This document shows positions 6,327 through 9,766 of a DNA stretch of 9,766 bases, piece by piece. The first letter of the stretch is position 1, and every line of letters starts with the position of its first letter. This DNA is from a virus (Duplodnaviria > Heunggongvirae > Uroviricota > Caudoviricetes). The stretch lies in IMG/VR virus record IMGVR_UViG_2657244961_000006. One strand, 5' to 3'. Under the pieces are notes generated by a model. The model was given only the letters and a program-made list of their open reading frames with translations, had not been told where the DNA came from and ran no database searches. A program made the position numbers and the translations under genes.

Positions 6327-8239
6327 TGAATCGCTGGTACACCATTAAGGCGGCGGATGTTCGTGGAGCGGCGGATATATCTATCTATGAGGAGATTGGC
6401 GGCTTCGGTGTTACTGCAAAGCAGTTCGCGGAAGACCTGAAAGCCCTTGGCGATGTTTCACATATCAATCTGAGGATCCATTCACCAGGTGGTGATGTGT
6501 TTGAAGGCATCGCCATCTATAACCTGCTACGGAATCATCCGGCAGACATTACGGTTTATATCGATGGTGTTGCGGCTTCAATGGCTTCGGTGGTCGCAAT
6601 GGCTGGCGATCGTGTTGTGATGCCGGAAAACGCCATGATGATGATACATAAGCCGTGGGGTATCTCTGGCGGAAATGCTGGTGATATGCGTGATTATGCT
6701 GATTTGCTGGATAAGGTGGAAACCGTGTTAGTCCCTGCTTATGCCAGAAAAACGGGCAAATCAGCACAGGAAATTACCGCCATGCTGGAAGATGAAACCT
6801 GGATGGACGGGAAAGAATGCCTTAAGCACGGTTTTGCTGATGAATTGTTGCCATCCGTCAGAGCAATGGCGCGAATTGAATCGAAGCGCACAGGAGATTT
6901 TTTACATATGCCGGAAACCATTAAAGGAATGATTACACCGCCACAGGGAGCGGCAAATATTGCTGGTAATGAACAGAAACGCATCAATGGAATAAGTGAA
7001 GTGTTTAGCCTGTTCGGCAGTCGTTACGACGGGATCAAAATGGCGTGTCTGGAAGATGCATCATGTACACCGGAAATGGCCCGTGAAAAGCTGTTGAACG
7101 AGCTGGGGCGCGAGTCCACGCCATCCAATAAAAATACCCCGCCTCATATCTATGCCGGAAACGGAAACATAACAGGTGATGCAATTCGTCAGGGGCTTTA
7201 TTCCCGTCTTGGGTATGAACGCCCTGAACGAGGCAACCCTTACGCGATGATGAGCCTTTTTGAAATGGCCCAGGCATCACTGGTTGATCGTGGTATCACT
7301 GTGAGTGGTTTTATTAATCGCTCGCAGGTTGTTAATGCGGCTTTTACACACAGCAGCAGTGATTTTTCTCATATTCTGGCTGGTGGGGCTGAAAAATCTG
7401 TACTGAAAGGCTGGCAGGACAGCGGCGAAACGTTCCAGAAATGGACGCGTACCGGTTCGCTTTCAAACTTTCATGAAGCAAAGCGCGTTGGTCTGAATGG
7501 TTTTTCAAAGCTGGATAAAGTACCGGAAGGTGCGGAATATAAATACATCACCACCAGCGATAAAGGTGTACCTATTGCGCTGGCCACGTACGGGAATATT
7601 TTTTCCGTTACCCGTCAGGCCATTATCAACGATGACCTGACCCAGTTAACTACAATCCCCATGGCGATGGGACGCGCAGCCGCCAGAACAGTTGGCAATC
7701 TGGTTTATCTCCTGTTAACCAGCAACGGCAAGTTTACGGATGGTAAAGCGTTATTCCATGCCGATCATAAAAATCTTATTGCGAAGGATATGGACATGGT
7801 GGGGCTTGATGAAGCCCGTAAGCTGATGCGCCTCCAGGAGGATGCTAACGGCGACTCACTGAATATTACCCCTGCTTTTGTTCTGGTCCCTGCCGCGCTG
7901 GAATCTGCCGCGCGTCGCGCCATTCTGTCATCGTCATCAGTCTTTCCGGTTGGTGATGAGGGCACTATCAATCAGAACCCCGGCATCATTAACGTTGTGA
8001 AAGATATGGCAGAAGTAATTGTTGAGCCACGTCTTGATAAGGCCAATAGCAAGGAATGGTATGTAGCCGCAGCTAAGGGGATGGACACAATAGAAGTCGC
8101 TTATCTTGATGGTATGGATACGCCATATCTTGAGGAGCAGGTGGGCTTTACTGTTGATGGTGTCGCCTGGAAGGTGCGCATAGATGCAGGTGTCGCGGCC
8201 CTCGATTATCGTGGATTGCTGAAATCGAATGGAGCATGA
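6326..8239 (+). CDS. Fusion protein (637 aa): N-terminal ClpP-like (S14) prohead-protease domain plus large C-terminal domain, possibly an HK97-fold major capsid-like domain
   Basis: ORF 6326-8239. Residues ~20-190 show the ClpP signature (GDVFEGIAIYN, GVAASMASVVAMAGD with the candidate catalytic Ser, MMMIHKPWG with the candidate His, later acidic residues). The C-terminal ~430 aa are long enough for a scaffold plus capsid domain; the capsid assignment is from general resemblance only. Confidence 0.8.
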   Translation: MNRWYTIKAADVRGAADISIYEEIGGFGVTAKQFAEDLKALGDVSHINLRIHSPGGDVFEGIAIYNLLRNHPADITVYIDGVAASMASVVAMAGDRVVMPENAMMMIHKPWGISGGNAGDMRDYADLLDKVETVLVPAYARKTGKSAQEITAMLEDETWMDGKECLKHGFADELLPSVRAMARIESKRTGDFLHMPETIKGMITPPQGAANIAGNEQKRINGISEVFSLFGSRYDGIKMACLEDASCTPEMAREKLLNELGRESTPSNKNTPPHIYAGNGNITGDAIRQGLYSRLGYERPERGNPYAMMSLFEMAQASLVDRGITVSGFINRSQVVNAAFTHSSSDFSHILAGGAEKSVLKGWQDSGETFQKWTRTGSLSNFHEAKRVGLNGFSKLDKVPEGAEYKYITTSDKGVPIALATYGNIFSVTRQAIINDDLTQLTTIPMAMGRAAARTVGNLVYLLLTSNGKFTDGKALFHADHKNLIAKDMDMVGLDEARKLMRLQEDANGDSLNITPAFVLVPAALESAARRAILSSSSVFPVGDEGTINQNPGIINVVKDMAEVIVEPRLDKANSKEWYVAAAKGMDTIEVAYLDGMDTPYLEEQVGFTVDGVAWKVRIDAGVAALDYRGLLKSNGA

Positions 8240-8267
8240 CAACAAGGCGGTACTTTGAACACGTGGG

Positions 8268-8431
8268 GCGGCGAGCTGCCGCACCATATTCCTGAACAAC
8301 TGAGCAAACGAGAGAGGTATACCGACAAATGGCAGCGACGCACACACTCCCTCTGGCGTCACCGGGCATGGCACGCATCTGCCTTTACGGGGATTTACAA
8401 CGATTTGGCCGCCGCATCGATCTTCATGTGA
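8268..8431 (+). pseudogene. Start-less 3' remnant of a lambdoid tail-tip assembly protein K-like gene, overlapping the start of the I-like gene
   Basis: The frame is open from 8240 to the TGA at 8429-8431 with no start codon, encoding ...GELPHHIPEQLSKRERYTDKWQRRTHSLWRHRAWHASAFTGIYNDLAAASIFM. This resembles the C-terminus of lambda K as I recall it, and in lambda K overlaps I in the same way. Confidence 0.5.
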
Positions 8432-8970
8432 AAACGGGGGCCGAAGCCATCCGGGCGCTGGCCATGCAGATCCCAGCGTTTCGTCAGAAACTGAGCGATG
8501 GTTGGTATCAGGTGCGTATTGCCGGGCGTGATACAGGCGAAAACGAATTATCAGCCCGTCTTAATGAACCGCTGGAAAATGGTGCCGTGATCCACATCGT
8601 ACCGCGTCTGGCTGGTGCCAAAAGTGGCGGCGTGTTTCAGGCGGTGCTTGGTGCGGCGCTGATTGCTACGGCAATCTGGATGCCAGGAATCAGTATCGCT
8701 TTCAGTGACATTCTCTTTTCAATGGGGGCGGCGATGACACTTGGTGGTGTTGCACAGATGCTGGCACCGAAAGCCAGCACAGCAACAGCCAGCACCACGG
8801 ATAACGGTAAGCAGAACACCTATTTCTCCTCTCTGGATAACATGGTTGCCCAGGGCAATGTTATGCCTGTTCTGTACGGTGAAATGCGCGTCGGGTCGCG
8901 GGTGATTTCGCAAGAGATCAGCACAGCAGATGAAGGGGATGGCGGCCAGATTGTGGTGATTGGTCGCTGA
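8329..8970 (+). CDS. Lambdoid tail-tip assembly protein I homologue (213 aa)
   Basis: ORF 8329-8970. N-terminus MAATHTLPLASPGMARICLYGDLQRFGRRIDL... and C-terminus ...DNGKQNTYFSSLDNMVAQGNVMPVLYGEMRVGSRVISQEISTADEGDGGQIVVIGR closely match my recollection of phage lambda gpI. The central hydrophobic segment is shorter than in lambda. Confidence 0.8.
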   Translation: MAATHTLPLASPGMARICLYGDLQRFGRRIDLHVKTGAEAIRALAMQIPAFRQKLSDGWYQVRIAGRDTGENELSARLNEPLENGAVIHIVPRLAGAKSGGVFQAVLGAALIATAIWMPGISIAFSDILFSMGAAMTLGGVAQMLAPKASTATASTTDNGKQNTYFSSLDNMVAQGNVMPVLYGEMRVGSRVISQEISTADEGDGGQIVVIGR

Positions 8971-8987
8971 TACAAAACGTTTTATGT

Positions 8988-9010
8988 AAAACCGCCTGCG
9001 GGCGGTTTTG
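8988..9010 (+). terminator. Rho-independent terminator (aaaaccgcc-tgcg-ggcggtttt) after the I-like gene
   Basis: GC stem flanked by an A-run and a T-run, read directly. The same hairpin follows gene I in lambda, as far as I recall. Confidence 0.7.
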
Positions 9011-9041
9011 TCGCTCATGGAGCATAAACAATAGTGACAGT

Positions 9042-9124
9042 CGCCTTTTTTGGGTGGGTCCTCCCGGTGAGGTGGCCTGCCACGGGGCGGGAGCGGCGCG
9101 GAAAAAGGCTAGTTTTTGCATTTT
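9042..9124 (+). other. cos-like site B: second copy of the cosQ-cosN-like element, with candidate 12-mer GGGCGGGAGCGG (9085-9096), directly upstream of the Nu1-like gene
   Basis: About 90 percent identical to element A over ~80 bp. The downstream AT-rich DNA (ttcgtcat..., gtttttattt) resembles the lambda cosB/I-site region as remembered. The position relative to the small terminase gene mirrors lambda cos-Nu1. Confidence 0.65.
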
Positions 9125-9280
9125 TATTCGTCATCATCATCTTTCTATTATATTGAATTTTAAGTGTTTTTATTTTTGGTATGTTAATTTTGCTTATTTT
9201 GTGTTCAACATGCAGCGCGTTTTTTGACCTTTTTTAAAAGATATTTGCAAGATGCATTTTTAAAACATTCTGGAGCGGGT
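9125..9280 (+). promoter_or_regulatory. AT-rich cosB-like / promoter region upstream of terS
   Basis: A+T-rich 150 bp between cos-like site B and the terS start; contains ttcgtcat and gtttttattt motifs; no individual promoter elements called. Confidence 0.4.
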
Positions 9281-9766
9281 ATGGATCGGGAACTGAAAAA
9301 TCTGATGCTGAACATTAACCAGCTGGCGGCGATAGCGGGAATATGTCGCCAGACTGCGGCGGCAAGGCTGAAAAATATCCAGCCAGCCGGAGGACATGAC
9401 AAGCTGAAACTCTATCGGGTGACTGACATTCTGACCTGTTTTCTTGATCTTCCCGTTCCGGCATCACTGGAAGAAATGGAGCCACACGACCGTAAGGCCT
9501 GGTATCAGTCCGAACGTGAGCGCCTCAAGTTCGAACAGGAAACGGCGCAACTCATACCCGCCGATGATGTGCGAAAAGAGATGGCTATATGGGGAGAAAT
9601 CGTAAGCGAGGAACTGGAAAAACTCCCCAGTATTCTGGCACGTGATGTTGGGCTTAAACCGATGGCAGTAAACAGAGTGCAGTCAATTATTGACGATTTG
9701 TGTAATCAGATTATCAGCCGGATGGTAAAAAATGACGTAGTGAATGAGGTCGCAAAACAGGCATGA
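9281..9766 (+). CDS. terS: Nu1-like small terminase subunit / packaging-specificity protein (161 aa)
   Basis: ATG at 9281 (GGAG SD 6 nt upstream) inside ORF 9224-9766. N-terminal winged-HTH-like segment LNINQLAAIAGICRQTAAARLKN...LKLYRVTDIL parallels lambda Nu1 (VNKKQLADIFGASIRTIQNWQ...EVLYDSAAVIKWY, from memory), followed by a helical ERERLKFEQETAQL region. Confidence 0.7.
   Translation: MDRELKNLMLNINQLAAIAGICRQTAAARLKNIQPAGGHDKLKLYRVTDILTCFLDLPVPASLEEMEPHDRKAWYQSERERLKFEQETAQLIPADDVRKEMAIWGEIVSEELEKLPSILARDVGLKPMAVNRVQSIIDDLCNQIISRMVKNDVVNEVAKQA

Larger units (their letters stand above)
1..9766 (+). mobile_element. Integrated phage satellite (PICI / P4-like island): integration, regulation, replication and packaging modules in one orientation; ends of the element are not visible in the window
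   Basis: Co-linear int, alpA, P4-type primase, iteron origin, cos-like sites and Nu1-like terS; AT-rich intergenic control regions; the window begins exactly at the int start codon and ends at the terS stop codon. Confidence 0.75.

Noticed and set aside
6549-8378. Several 60-145-aa ORFs on either strand inside or overlapping the 637-aa gene and the K remnant (6549-6767, 6739-6987, 6741-6932, 7035-7280, 7765-7971, 7937-8374, 8148-8378)
   Set aside because: All are nested in or antisense to longer, better-supported coding sequence and have no start context.
8918-9121. 67-aa minus-strand ORF overlapping cos-like site B and the I-gene terminator
   Set aside because: Same reason as above; it spans a terminator hairpin and the cos-like element, with no ribosome-binding site.
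1-9766. tRNA, tmRNA or rRNA genes and the att site
   Set aside because: No cloverleaf-compatible or rRNA-like sequence was seen. The expected integration target lies upstream of int, outside the window.

Overview
The window reads as a single integrated phage satellite (PICI / P4-like island), all main genes on the + strand. Everything below is from reading the sequence and the ORF track by eye; no searches were run, and comparisons to phage lambda are from memory.

Layout, left to right:
- 1-1239: P4-type tyrosine integrase.
- 1657-1866: AlpA-family regulator.
- 2215-2517 (minus strand): ribbon-helix-helix (RHH) regulator, with a palindrome-rich divergent control region at 2518-2707.
- 2708-5338: Icd-like small gene, two unknown small ORFs, and a P4-family primase/helicase, all tightly coupled.
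- 5353-5581: origin-like array of TGTTCACC iterons.
- 5724-9124: a block bracketed by two ~80-bp direct repeats that each resemble the lambda cosQ-cosN junction but carry a variant 12-mer. Inside are a small RHH-like ORF, a 637-aa ClpP-like protease fused to a large capsid-like domain, and a lambdoid tail-tip assembly protein I gene preceded by a start-less remnant of the K gene.
- 9281-9766: Nu1-like small terminase, directly downstream of the second cos-like site.

The most interesting signal is this duplicated cos-like site framing a protease/capsid-like gene and a captured lambdoid tail fragment. It suggests a satellite that both hijacks lambdoid cos packaging and carries its own morphogenesis and tail-related cargo. 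No tRNA, rRNA or CRISPR array was seen.
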